DNA from: Phoronis australis | Taxonomy: Eukaryota; Animalia; Phoronida | Assembly (NCBI GenBank): GCA_002633005.1 | Contig: NMRA01000454.1 | Location: forward strand, 96,552-139,647 | Length of the DNA stretch: 43,096 nt | Direction of reading: 5' to 3' | Shown: piece by piece, positions 1 to 11,821 of the stretch | Numbering within the stretch: the first letter of the stretch is position 1 | Layout of the letters: every line of letters starts with the position of its first letter | Made by a program: the position numbers and the translations under genes | Notes under the pieces: generated by a model | What the model was told of the DNA's origin: nothing | What the model saw: only the letters and a program-made list of their open reading frames with translations | Databases searched by the model: none

Positions 1-410
1 TGTCAGTAATGTCCCTGTGTTCCATCAGGTGTCAGTAATGTCTCTGTGTTTCAACTAGTGCCTGACTGTAACACCTTATGTTCATGTTCCATCACATGTC
101 AGTAATGTCCCTGTGTTCCATCAGGTGTCAGTAATGTCTCGGTGTTTCAACTAGTGCCTGACTGTAACACCTTATGTTCATGTTCCATCACATGTCAGTA
201 ATGTCCCTGTGTTCCATCAGGTGTCAGTAATGTTTCTGTGTTCAATCAGGTGTCAGAAATATCTCTGTGCTCCAACTAGTGTCTGTAATACCTTATGCTC
301 CATCACATGTCAATAAATAAAAATGTCCCTATGTTCCATCAAGAGTCAATAATATCTTTGTGTTTCGTGTGTGTCAATTATATCTCTGTGTTCCACCAGG
401 TGTCAGTGAT
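1..410 (+). repeat. Intronic minisatellite, ~29-bp monomer in a 96-bp higher-order unit, running into the PITRM1 acceptor site
   Basis: Monomer TGTCAGTAATGTCCCTGTGTTCCATCAGG; higher-order units start at 1, 97 and 193; the last variant is TGTGTTCCACCAG|GTGTCAGTGATG at the exon boundary. Confidence 0.9.
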
Positions 411-609
411 GAAGAAGATAGCAGAAATGGAAGACTTGAGCCCTGTTGTGAATCATCTGAAAGAGATTGGAGAACATGTGTTGAGGAAGGACAATCTACG
501 ATGTGCACTAAGCACGGGCCATGATGCCATGGAGACTGTTGTTAAGGCAACAGAGGCATTACTGTCTGCCATCCCTGGCTCTTGGCAGCAGAACGCGTGT
601 TTCTTGAAG
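400..609 (+). CDS. PITRM1: Mitochondrial presequence protease (pitrilysin metallopeptidase 1, M16C), internal exon; upstream exons lie outside the window
   Basis: AG at 398-399, GT at 610; encodes VSVMKKIAEMEDLSPVVNHLKEIGEHVLRKDNLRCAL..., resembling recalled human VRLMKRIAEMTDIKPILRKL...NGDNMRCSV; phase 0/0. Confidence 0.9.
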
Positions 610-1053
610 GTGGGCATTTATTTTTGAGACTTTTTTGTAGGACACGATGCACTTGTGGGTGTACTTAGCCAACATTTTTTTAACTGTCAGTAGGAATATT
701 ATTTTTTGAATGTAGGAAGCTTGTAGAATTCCGTTTTTGTCTTGATGCCAATCTGCTATTAATTAAATCACGTAACCTTGACTTTTTATAAATTTATAAA
801 AATTACCAGAAATCCATAGCAAAGCAATAGACCTGCTCCATCTGCTGTGGTCTGCCTTTAATGATTGTGACAGCAAATAACTTCATTCCAACAGATCTGC
901 TTACGGCTGTGCACCCTAGTGGCATATCTAGATTTTGTTTTGTGATTCTGACAATTGGGGCATATCAATGTCCTGAATGAATTGGTCACTTGCTGTTTGT
1001 TTGTTATGAGATGGTGTATTGTGATTAATGAAATGCTATATTTTGTTTGCAAG

Positions 1054-1220
1054 GATCCTGACTTCAAACTCACTTCTCATAAGACACAGATTCAACTTCC
1101 CTTCTCCGTGAACTATGTGGCCAAGAGCATTCAGACCGTTCCATACACACACAAAGACTTCGCAAAACTGAGAATTTTAGGAAGGCTCCTTACCAATAAG
1201 TTTCTACACAGAGAAATACG
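1054..1220 (+). CDS. PITRM1: PITRM1 exon
   Basis: AAG acceptor, GTGAGA donor at 1221; DPDFK...LPFSVNYVAKSIQTVPYTHKDFAKLRILGRLLTNKFLHREIR; ends in phase 2. Confidence 0.95.
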
Positions 1221-1754
1221 GTGAGAATTTGAGAAAACTTAATAGCTTTTACAAAGAGAGAAATGGAGGATATCTAGTGTAGTTTCTGGGATTGTTTTTG
1301 GTGAGATTTAAAGAAATTTATTTGATTTGCTTTTGTTACGTTTTTGATTATTTTTGGTAGTTCAAAATTAACTTGTTAAATGTTTGATTCAATAGATAGT
1401 CACATTGCTCAAAGCTCAGTTAGTAGTTACATTATGAAGTTCCTTCTGCTTTTAGATGGTAAGAGGGGATGAGTATATACCAGCTTCTAATTACATGTCT
1501 GTCTCAGAATCTGCATCAACATGGACAGTATTTATTCAGTTTGCTCTCAAACAATGATCTCCTTGTGGTTTTTGAACATTAGTGCTAAGCGGTGGACATT
1601 AATGATATTAACTTCACGCCTCATACAAAGTTGTTGTGTTATCTTAACAAGGAGGCTTTAATTTTATACCCAGTATTAACTGATTCAGAAGAAAATAGTT
1701 TTGATACAATATTTCAAGAGGAAAGCTGTTGAAACGCTTCTTTTATTGGAACTG

Positions 1755-1832
1755 TGGAAGTTAACATTGGAAGTTAACATTGGAAGTTAACATTGGAAGT
1801 TAACATTGGAAGTTAACATTGGAAGTTAACAT
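1755..1832. repeat. 13-bp tandem repeat x6
   Basis: TGGAAGTTAACAT, six exact copies. Confidence 0.95.
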
Positions 1833-2920
1833 ATGATCATTACACTTCAGCATATGGCGATAAATTCTAAGTTCTTGTTTTCCACTATTTGTATAAAGAT
1901 ACTTTAAAGCTTCACCTCTGAAAATCTGTCAAGGAAAAAAGCTGCTGCAGTAGCTAGAATTTTTAACTCAGGTTTCTTTAAGATTAGCGAACATTTACTT
2001 TACCGTGCCATTGGAAATGTGTGTATTGTATAATTTATTTTAAAAATTAACAGTTTCCATCAAAGTTGCTGTGGTCTCATAAATGGTATGGTAGAAACCT
2101 AGTAGAATGAGTGAATTGTTTCCTTTATCAAGGATTGTCAAATTATTGTCCATTAATGTGTACTTGGTTACACTTACTACTTGTAGCTAACTGAGACGCT
2201 GATTGTTTGATGATCAGTCGGACAAAAGTTTGTGACCTTTTGCTGTTAGATGATTTCTAGTATCATCCAAGCACCTCTGCCCACCTCTGTCTCAAAGCTA
2301 TTTGTGATTACAAAGTTAATAAATAATCTTTAGGTTGTAGATGACTTGAATGTAAACATTACCACTTGTTATAATTACCAATGTGTACAGATTCACATGC
2401 AATAGTAGGTTTTTGATTAAAGACAGGTTTCACCATTTTCAAACAATTCAGTGCCCAGTGTAGCATACATTGTATAACATTTACATGCAAAGTCTGCTAA
2501 AAGCAATAGCTCTTTGTAACAGGAAGATAAATACAGAAGGTACATTTAGATTGTCATGGCTGCCTTATGACACGTCATTTCTCATATTGAACACTAGGGG
2601 GCATTCTGTCTTAAAAAGTTTCCATCATAGAACTGGTCCTGCCTTTTCTGACAGCACATCTGTTCACATCCGTTCACATCTGTTCACATCCGTTCTCATC
2701 CGTTGTTTCTGAGTGAATTATGATATCAAAGAACCCAGTAGCAAATTATTAGAATTTTTTGGCAATAGTCACAGAAGTCCCAATTTGTGAAAACTGGAAG
2801 ATTGGTGCTTGTTATTCAGTGTAAATAATAATGTTATCCTAATGCGGGACCCCTATTAGTGACTTACCTTTTGTCTTCTAGCTCTTTGTATCCAATATGT
2901 GATTTGTTGTCTGTTTACAG

Positions 2921-2992
2921 AGAGAAAGGTGGTGCTTATGGCGGAGGGGCTCAGTCGGGATCTCCAGGTGTATTCAGCTTTTTCTCCTATAG
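2921..2992 (+). CDS. PITRM1: PITRM1 exon (EKGGAYGGGA motif)
   Basis: TTTACAG acceptor, GTGAGT donor at 2993; (R)EKGGAYGGGAQSGSPGVFSFFSY(R); phase 2/2 fits both neighbours. Confidence 0.95.
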   Translation, partial: RERWCLWRRGSVGISRCIQLFLL

Positions 2993-3004
2993 GTGAGTGC
3001 AAGT

Positions 3005-3372
3005 ACAACAAATGTCTACCTATACTTGACATATTATTTACTACCGACAAATGTTTACCTGGTGCTGTGTATCAACAAATTAAATAAAATGTTCACCTTA
3101 TGCTATATGCCATAACCCACAATTGTTTACCAGGAGCTAAGCTCACTGATCAACTGATGTTTGCCTGAAGCCATGATAACATTCACTAACCAAGAAATGT
3201 TTATTGGAGCTATAATGGTAACTTATCAACTATGTTTACCTGGAACTTTGTTTACTTGCCAAGTGATACATACCTGGAGCTCTATATTCTCTAATCAACA
3301 AATTTTTTATGAGGAGCTACGTTCACTAACCAATAAATATTTACCTGGAGCTATGTTTCACTAATCGCAAAT
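3005..3372. repeat. Degenerate ~35-bp minisatellite
   Basis: Recurrent variants of CTATGTTCACTAACCAACAAATGTTTACCTGGAG. Confidence 0.75.
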
Positions 3373-3494
3373 AACAATGTTATAATTGCCCACAAACTAG
3401 CCTGTTGTCTTTATTTGTCTCATTGATGTACCAACAAAAATAAAATGTGCATGAGCTGGTCACTATACTGTTTTATCTTTGGGTATGTGACTGA

Positions 3495-3789
3495 AGGTCC
3501 AGTAGACTCCCAGTGTGAACGGGAGGTCCAGTATACTGTTTCACCAGACAGTGTGAATGGTAGGTCCAGTAGGCTGTTTCACCAGTGTGAATGGTAGGTC
3601 CAGTAGACTGTTTCACCAGTGTGAATGGTAGATCCAGTAGACTGTTTCACCAGTGTGAATCGTAGGTCCAGTAGACTGTTTCACCAGTGTGAATGGGAGG
3701 TCCAGTAGACTGTTTCACCAGTGTGAATGGGAGGTCCAGTAGACTGTTTCACTAGACAGTGTGAATGGTAGGTCCAGTAGGCTGTTTCA
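3495..3789. repeat. ~32-bp minisatellite, left part; resumes at ~9797-9873 after a ~6-kb insertion
   Basis: Unit CCAGTGTGAATGGTAGGTCCAGTAGACTGTTTCA; GTAGACTGTTTCACC...GGTCCAGTAGACTGTTTTACCAG reappears at 9797. Confidence 0.85.
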
Positions 3790-3808
3790 AACAAACAGAA
3801 AACGTTGA

Positions 3809-5253
3809 CCGTACTCGTCCGGGTTACCGCCCATGCTCGGGTTACCGCCCATGCTCGGCTTACAGCCCAGCCCCACAATTTTTAATTTTTAAGCACCCAT
3901 GCTTGGCTTACCGCCCACCCCCAATTTTTATGATCGAGACCTCCTTAAAAGTGTGTGTGCTTTGTGAATGTTCGTCTCGCAAAACTAAGATTCCAAAACG
4001 TGCGCAACAGGCACAATCAATCAGTTTTAGCAGGACTGGGAACTTGCCTTGCTATGGCGGTAAAATACCCGTATTCTCATGCTCTTTACTGAAGGAGACA
4101 CAATTGTTTCCTCTGGCTCATGTGCAGAACTCGTGTCAGCAAGTACTGATCACTGAGACAGCACTTGTCGAATGTATTTCATTGCCGTGGCAGAATCAAC
4201 AAAGCGGTACTTGACAAGAATTTCAAGTCCATGTTCTACCTTCCCGTGACAGTACACGAAACATCACCACCCTGAGCACACGAGCACACTCAGCTGGTTC
4301 ATGATCAACGATTTTGGAAACTCCACCAACGTTATTTTGGACGCATTGTTTTGAGTACAAGCAGATACAGGCCATTGTTCCGTGTCTTCGTTAAACGCAT
4401 GTTTTTAATGACTCAAAGCGCTCAACCAAAAGCAACAACGCCAGAAATCAACTTGTAATTATTAAGTGCAAGTCGAACATTCTATCCACATCTACGTGGT
4501 CAAGAATATTTTTTGAACTCTTGATTTGCCTGTTGTCTTTTTGTGTGTTTTTTGCTTTTTACGTGATGTGTTTTAATTTGCTTCATTATTTTCACAGCTG
4601 ACTGACCACCCCTATTACTTAATAGTAATATCGTCTGATTGTTGAGTACGTGCTTTGAACAAATTCTGGGAGGTCGGTGTCGGCTGTTCAGCACAGAAAG
4701 TATACAGTATATATAAAATGTTACATAGCTCAAACTAGGTTGAAAGTATTTTGAAGAAAGACCGGCTGTCAATCATTAGCACATGTTTGGTTGCCAAAGT
4801 AACTGGCTGCAGCATATCTTTACAAAGTCACCTGCTTCCCGTAGCAATACATGACGATCTAGCGTAGTCTTGCGTGATCTTACTTTTCTCTACTTGTCTA
4901 CTGGGGGCACGTCTGTCTGTAAGAATACTTCAGTTCCAAGACGTGACGAGCAGCAACCAAGGTACGTAAAAATCCAATCAAGCCTGGGATTATGCTGCCT
5001 CTGTATCGTGTGCGCCATTCCACTTCAGCCCGTCGAAGTCTGTTACTTCAATCTGCAGATGTATATTATGAATGACAACCTTGAAGTCCGTCGTCAGCAT
5101 AGCTCCGTGAGGGTAAAATCGGTCCTTTGTGCAGTAAGCACCCACTCCCGAGTTTTCAAAATTTTTAACCGCCCTTGCTTGGCTTACCGCCCACCCCCTA
5201 TTGTTATAGATTCCCAATTTAAGTGCCCTGTACAGTAACCCAGACAAGTACGG
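3809..5253. mobile_element. Non-autonomous Tc1/mariner-superfamily (Tc2/pogo-like) DNA transposon
   Basis: TIR CCGTACTCGTCCGGGTTACCG versus right-end reverse complement CCGTACTTGTCTGGGTTACTG; TA on the right flank, GA on the left; subterminal GGCTTACCGCCCACCCC motifs at both ends. Confidence 0.8.
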
Positions 5254-7267
5254 TATTTCAAAACTCATAGAGTCATTGGCCAACAGTTGAATACTCCTGC
5301 AAATACATCAAATACTCATAATTTCGCTCCCAATTGACATTGCTTGTTGAATGAANACAAACAGGCTCAGGCTCGGAACAGAAGCTAGTTCACCATTTCA
5401 CTACCAACTTTCACATGGTCAAAGTGGAATTATTTTATTCTTGGTCTTGCTACAACACCAATATCAGCTGGTACAGCACTCTCGATTGCCCGGTTACGCA
5501 ATGCTTGTTGACAGGGTTAGATTAGAGCTAGTGTCCTTGTATATAAGCTCCGCCCCAGTTGTCAATCACTGAGCTGGTGAGCACTCAAGCCATACGACTT
5601 ACTGAGGCTTGGTCAAATATAGCTAAAAAAACAACTTTGGATTTTCAGAATGATTTTATTTTTCTTCAGTATACTGTGCATAAAGAATTAAAGATTAGGA
5701 TGACATAAAAATGTAAAAAACAGTCAAAAAAATTTTTTTTGTGTATCCACCTACCTTAACATACAATGAAAATAAGATAGGGATAATTGCACAGCCTTGT
5801 ATGACACGATGGTCAGTTATTCCAAAGTCACATTTAATTTTTGATTTAACATTTGGATGCATATCTCGTAACACTTAAGAAATAGAACCTACGACACCTT
5901 TTAATATTAAGATGTAAAAAGGTTATCCCTGGCTTATTTATATGATAAGCTTTACTGTAGTCAAGAAATGCACAATAAAATGGTTTGGATTTACGTTAAT
6001 TTCAACAAGTATTTTTTATGAAGCTGTTGAAAATGAAAAATGTTATCTATGGTTGAGTAGTTTTGTTCTGAACTTGGCTTATTCTTCTGAAAGTTTTCTT
6101 GTCAACCCATGATGTCAACCATTTATTTAGAACTGAAGTGAAGACTTTTAGTGAAAATGTTCAATATCGTAATGCCCCCAAGGTTGGTAGCATCAGATGC
6201 ATCACCTTTTTTGAATGATGGTGGTAGCATTATGCCAATAGCCCACTTGTCTGGGAATGTCCCGGTATGCAAAATTTTATTTAATGATTTTAAAAGTACA
6301 AAACAATTTCTTAATTTTATGAATTGAAAACTTTAAAAAATTCAACGGGAATTCTGTCTACCCCAGAGTATTTTTCATTTTGCATATTAATTGCTACCAT
6401 TGACAATTTCTTCAGAAGATTCGGTAATATCTTCATTCACTACATTTGTTATTGCCAAGTCTGTTCTGGTTTGCCGTCCCTTGTCTAGTCAGTGTGTCTG
6501 CATTTGGTATAAAATGGCGGTGACAAATAGTGCGATTCTGCAGTCAAAAATGCGTGGAGCTTGGAGTGCACTGAATATTTCGTGGAAAAAGGGGATAAAA
6601 GAATGTCTTCACAAACCAAGGTTTGTGCTCTTTAAACTTTGAGAGAGGAACTCTTACGAAGTGTGTGGCCGAGTCGCCTTGGACTAAGTAAGTTGGAGTG
6701 GGAGGACCAACTGAAAACGATGAAATACTAGAAATAACAACGCTTCCTGAAAGGAAATTCAACCGTATGTATATTAGTGGGTTCCATTTAAATGTTGAAA
6801 ATAATTGTGAAGATTCCTTTTGTAAGCGAGCAAACTGTATCTTGATGTGGCAAGCAGACAGCTGTTTCCTCCTTATCTCATGGACTTGATTCTCCACTAG
6901 AGTGCCATCTGCCATAGAATAAAACAACAAAAACACTTGGAATTCCCTGTGTGGAGGAATCACGACAAGTAATGATATATTATAGGAGATCCTTTGTCTA
7001 CATAGTCTAGTTTGCTTTTGCCATTATTTTTAGATGGCTTATTTGCGTATATTCACCTGTGAGATTTGGAACTTTTTTCGGGTTTATTATGACAAAGTTA
7101 TTGATAGTGCACATGTTCACCAAATCCTTACCAAAGTTGTTAACTTTAGGATCCCATTTTTTGTCTTTTATCATCAATAAGTGTTTTATCTTGTGTTATT
7201 AGCTTTAGGTAATTCTTCCATCTTATCTGGGAGCTCCACCTGTTGAGTGTGAACATTTGTACCACCC

Positions 7268-7450
7268 TTAATCAATACACTATGTCTGTCATTCATACCA
7301 AACTATCAATACACTATCATTCATTTCACCCACAATCAATACAGTATCATTCATATCACCCACAATCTTTACACTGTCATTCATATCACAAACAAATCGC
7401 CCACATTTGTCTATATCATTCGTATCACCCATAATCAATACACTATCATT
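7268..7450 (-). repeat. 30-bp in-frame tandem repeat of the LINE endonuclease GDxN segment
   Basis: Minus translation LIMGDTND...DMNDSVKIVG-DMNDTVLIVG-EMNDSVLIVW. Confidence 0.8.
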
Positions 7451-7898
7451 GGGATACGATTCTTTGACTTGGAAATGAGACCTTTCATACATTTCCAAAT
7501 GTAATCTCTGACTCCGCATAAAGAATAGAACCATCTGTTGAGCACTATATTCAGCAAACCATTTAATTTCTGTTTATGGCGGAATTTTACCAAATCTAGT
7601 TTTAGCCATTAATCATCCCATCGTCATCGATGTCTATAATTTTGCATATTTTAGCCAGTTCACATTAATTTTAATAAAACATACACATCTCTTGATGCTT
7701 AAATTGAACCACCTTCACTTCTATTACAAAACAATACATATTTTGGAAAATTCCTTAATTTCGTATTTATTTTCATACTTTTGAAAAGTTTCAACAAAAC
7801 CTATAATGTGGTGTTTACCAATTTCCTGTGGGATAGCAACGTTTGACTGCAGCATACTTTGCAGACCTTCAACATTCTATCACAAAAACGAGATGGAA

Positions 7899-8010
7899 GT
7901 CTGAGTCATCTATGGACCATCATGGCGTCTGAGTCATCTATGGACCATCATGGCGTCTGAGTCATCTATGGACCATCATGGCGTCTGAGTCATCTATGGA
8001 CCATCATGGC
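7899..8010. repeat. 28-bp tandem repeat x4 at the LINE ORF1/ORF2 junction
   Basis: GTCTGAGTCATCTATGGACCATCATGGC, four exact copies starting at 7899, 7927, 7955 and 7983. Confidence 0.95.
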
Positions 8011-8565
8011 CTTGCTGATAATCACTGATGGATGTGTTTTCTGGTTTCTTTACTTCTATCACTTTCCTTTTTCCTTCATCAGAAATGAACACCTTTGTGT
8101 TCCATAACAATTTATTCCAAAGGTATTTTGCCTTTTCCCAAGTTTTTCTCCTGCAAAAGGGCATTAAGTTTCATGTGGGCTAATTTAACTTGGCAGAGAA
8201 ATCTTCTCTGATGTACATTTCTGGCTTGGTAATCTCCTTCGTTTCTTCAGAACTTTTTGTTTGTTTTTTTTAGTCAAGTTTGGTTATTATTGGTCTTGTT
8301 ACCCCTTCATGGCGACCACCCAGTTTGTGAACTCATTCAATGCAGATGTCATCCTCTATTTTAAGCTTCTCTCTTACCAAGCTTTCAACTAGCTTCTCAG
8401 ATTGTTCCCATGTTTCATTTGCTTGCTCACACAGACCAAGATGGAAGTTCAAGTTATCACACCATAATCTATTCTCAAGGTCATCAACTTGGCTGCATAG
8501 GCGTTTGATTTTGTTTTTCAAGCATTGTCTTTCATTGTGTCAAAGTTGCTTCGTAGAACCTCCAG

Positions 8566-9363
8566 CCACATGATGTGATAGCTACATGATGTGATAGCTA
8601 CATGATGTGATAGCTACATGATGTGATAGCTACATGATGTGATAGCTACATGATGTGATAGCTACATGATGTGATAGCTACATGATGTGATAGCTACATG
8701 ATGTGATAGCTACATGATGTGATAGCTACATGATGTGATAGCTACATGATGTGATAGCTACATGATGTGATAGCTACATGATGTGATAGCTACATGATGT
8801 GATAGCTACATGATGTGATAGCTACATGATGTGATAGCTACATGATGTGATAGCTACATGATGTGATAGCTACATGATGTGATAGCTACATGATGTGATA
8901 GCTACATGATGTGATAGCTACATGATGTGATAGCTACATGATGTGATAGCTACATGATGTGATAGCTACATGATGTGATAGCTACATGATGTGATAGCTA
9001 CATGATGTGATAGCTACATGATGTGATAGCTACATGATGTGATAGCTACATGATGTGATAGCTACATGATGTGATAGCTACATGATGTGATAGCTACATG
9101 ATGTGATAGCTACATGATGTGATAGCTACATGATGTGATAGCTACATGATGTGATAGCTACATGATGTGATAGCTACATGATGTGATAGCTACATGATGT
9201 GATAGCTACATGATGTGATAGCTACATGATGTGATAGCTACATGATGTGATAGCTACATGATGTGATAGCTACATGATGTGATAGCTACATGATGTGATA
9301 GCTACATGATGTGATAGCTACATGATGTGATAGCTACATGATGTGATAGCTACATGATGTGAT
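8566..9363. repeat. Perfect 16-bp satellite, ~50 copies, flanked by a 22-bp direct duplication
   Basis: Unit CATGATGTGATAGCTA; AGTTGCTTCGTAGAACCTCCAG at 8544-8565 and 9364-9385. Confidence 0.95.
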
Positions 9364-9958
9364 AGTTGCTTCGTAGAACCTCCAGTTGGTTAGAGAAATC
9401 TTTCCACATATTTAATAATTACAATTCATGTGCTTTAAAAGCTCAAGGTCTGTGATGTCTGGAACCTATCGCCTCAGCTTCACATAATGTTAATCCCTTG
9501 TCACTGGGGTAGTTCCTTTCTGTTTGCCTGTACTTCGTTGCAATGTTACGCAAGAGATTTTTGCACATAGGTCAAGTACTGGTCACAGTATGCCAAGTTT
9601 GCAGTTCAAATCGTCTCTTTGCTGCTTTATACAACACAGACTTACATCCAAGATAATCACTGTCTCTTGCAGTGTACACTTCACTGAATTTTAATTTCTC
9701 ATAAATATTTGCTAAATTGTGACAGAAATCGTGAAAAATGCAGGAGCTCAAGTTCATATTAGACTATACTGTTGTGAGCACCAACTACTAAAAGCTGTAG
9801 ACTGTTTCACCGGTATGTTAATGTGAGGTCCAGTAGACTGTTTTACCAGTATGGAAATGAGAGTTCCAGTAGATATGCTTCTCAAGTGCATGTTTATCAA
9901 TAGACTTTAGTGTTGCTGTTGATTTTATAAGATTATCATTCTTTGCTGCTTTGTTCAG

Positions 9959-10073
9959 GGACCCCCACTCTACTGACACGCTGGATGTGTTTGAGAGATC
10001 TTCAGAGTGGGCAATGAAAGGTGACTTCTCACAGTCTGATGTTGACGAAGCTACTCTTGCTGTCTTTCAGAAG
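9959..10073 (+). CDS. PITRM1: PITRM1 exon
   Basis: TTGTTCAG acceptor, GTTGGT donor; (R)DPHSTDTLDVFERSSEWAMKGDFSQSDVDEATLAVFQK, completing the YRDP motif; not in the ORF track. Confidence 0.95.
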
Positions 10074-10327
10074 GTTGGTAAAATATGAGCTGTGTAGTCT
10101 TGTCTGTGTATAAGCTTTACCTGTTCTGTTACACTGTACTTGGTCATACATAACAATGTTGATTAGTATTTGCAGCTAGTCATATGATGTGATAGCCACA
10201 TGATGTGCTACATTTAACCAAATGACTTATTTCTTGTTGCATGTGCTTTATCCCGTTCAATCCGCCATCTTTTTGATCACATCACCTGACCTGATTGTTC
10301 ATTTGTGACTTCTTTGGCTTTCCCAAG

Positions 10328-10461
10328 GTTGATGCACCCGTTGCCCCTGGTAACCGTGGCATGAGGCTATTCCTGAATCACATCACCGATGATCAAAAGC
10401 AGTGTCATCGTGAGCAGCTTATGGCCGTTTCCCGGGAAGACGTAACTCAAGTGGCTGGAAA
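10328..10461 (+). CDS. PITRM1: PITRM1 exon
   Basis: CCCAAG acceptor, GTGAGT donor at 10462; VDAPVAPGNRGMRLFLNHITDDQKQCHREQLMAVSREDVTQVAG(K). Confidence 0.95.
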
Positions 10462-10722
10462 GTGAGTGGCATGATATTCCTTGTGTGATGTTACTGTTTG
10501 CATAATTACGTGTTTAACCTACTGGTTAAGACCTTCCCTTTCAAGTTGTGCATTGATTATCACACCAACGTGCCTGCCTATCACATACAGTACACTCCAA
10601 AAATAATCAAAACAAATGTCATCATGACAGGTATTGGTCATTCCAACAAGTCTTATGGTTTGTCCTGTCTGTCAAAGTCTTTGCCCTGCGTATCAAAGGC
10701 TTGACCTGTCCGCTAAAGGTTT

Positions 10723-10819
10723 GCCCTGTTGAAAGGTTTTCCCTGTCTATGTTTGCCCTGTCTGTCAAGCCCTGTTGAAAGGTTTTCCCTGTCTATGTTT
10801 GCCCTGTCTATCAAGCCCT
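10723..10819. repeat. 46-bp tandem duplication within a degenerate TTTGCCCTGTC repeat
   Basis: GCCCTGTTGAAAGGTTTTCCCTGTCTATGTTTGCCCTGTCT(G/A)TCAA at 10723 and 10769. Confidence 0.85.
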
Positions 10820-11459
10820 CTTTATCACAATTTGTCTATTGAGTAACACGATATCTTCAAGGACAATTAGTGAGATCATGTATCTATCCAACTTCCTGTC
10901 AACCTGAAGGGATTCTCTGCATGAAAAGACTCATCCCGAAGTTTCCCTCGCGTTTTAATCATAATGTAACCAGTATAATGGCCCCAGCCTTGTGGATGGA
11001 TATCAGAAAAGTTTTTGTTATTCATAAGTCGCATCACATGTGGGCACATACTGGCAAGTTAGCCAAATATTGGGATGTTGATGGGTTACATTATGAATAA
11101 TGCATAAACTGATAGTCGACATTTGGCTGCTATAAATCACTGTGTTGATATAGTATAGGTAAGAATTAATAGTCTTAAATGTGATATGTTGGTCACGTCG
11201 GGTATTCTATAGTGAACTCTGAAAAGATCTCTGTCCCCACTGCAACCCAAACCCAGAACTTCTTGCTAATCATGCAGACTAGATGATCTACAGTGTAGTT
11301 CACACAGCTATTGGACCATTGATCAATGACAGAAATGCTATCATAATATTAATTTTTATAGGAGGCACCTCAGTCAAAACATGTATTGTAAATGTGTTGT
11401 TACAAGTCAGTGAGTTGATGTGGTAGAAGTAGCAATTATCTTCTTAGGCGTTGCTAGTA

Positions 11460-11557
11460 TGGTCTCTGTGATATGTTGGTCTCTGTGATATGTTGGTCTC
11501 TGTGATATGTTGGTCTCTGTGATATGTTGGTCTCTGTGATATGTTGGTCTCTGTGAT
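11460..11557. repeat. 17-bp tandem repeat, ~5.7 copies
   Basis: TGGTCTCTGTGATATGT exact copies. Confidence 0.95.
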
Positions 11558-11721
11558 CTGTCTTGTTATTTGTATCTCTTGTTTTCCATGTTAGTACAGT
11601 CATCTGTTACTTTTGTTACTGTTGTACATACATGTGATCTGTTTATAATATATCCATGTGCTTGCACTATACAAACAACCATATCTGATTATGGGTTTTA
11701 CCTATTAAGTAATTTTTTCAG

Positions 11722-11821
11722 GTATCTCATCAACTGTTATCCAAAAAGTGCTGCGACATTTCTGGGTCCTGAGAACAAAGAAATAATCTCAGATAAAAGT
11801 TGGACTGTGAAGCGTGAATGA
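11722..11821 (+). CDS. PITRM1: PITRM1 terminal coding exon
   Basis: TTTTTCAG acceptor; (K)YLINCYPKSAATFLGPENKEIISDKSWTVKRE then TGA TGA; resembles the recalled human C-terminus ILGPENPKIAKDPSWIIR. Confidence 0.93.

Larger units (their letters stand above)
3790..9796 (-). mobile_element. Decayed two-ORF LINE (ORF1 plus APE-RT ORF2; L2/CR1/RTE-X-like), antisense in a PITRM1 intron, 3' end truncated
   Basis: Minus-strand remnants: ORF1 VDDLENRLWCDNLNF..ETWEQSEKLV..RPII (~8040-8560); endonuclease MTQTSISFL..NVEGL..IIGFVET and LIMGDTN (~7000-7915); RT LNKILHTGTFPDKWAIGI..FKKGDASD and FYCAFLDYSKA (~5800-6400); many stops and frameshifts; boundaries approximate. Confidence 0.85.

Noticed and set aside
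3495-3789. 32-bp repeats as CRISPR-like repeats
   Set aside because: Head-to-tail minisatellite without spacers
3765-5283. ORFs of 149, 122 and 97 aa as genes
   Set aside because: They lie in a non-autonomous transposon; the AYRPPP motif is just the translated subterminal repeat
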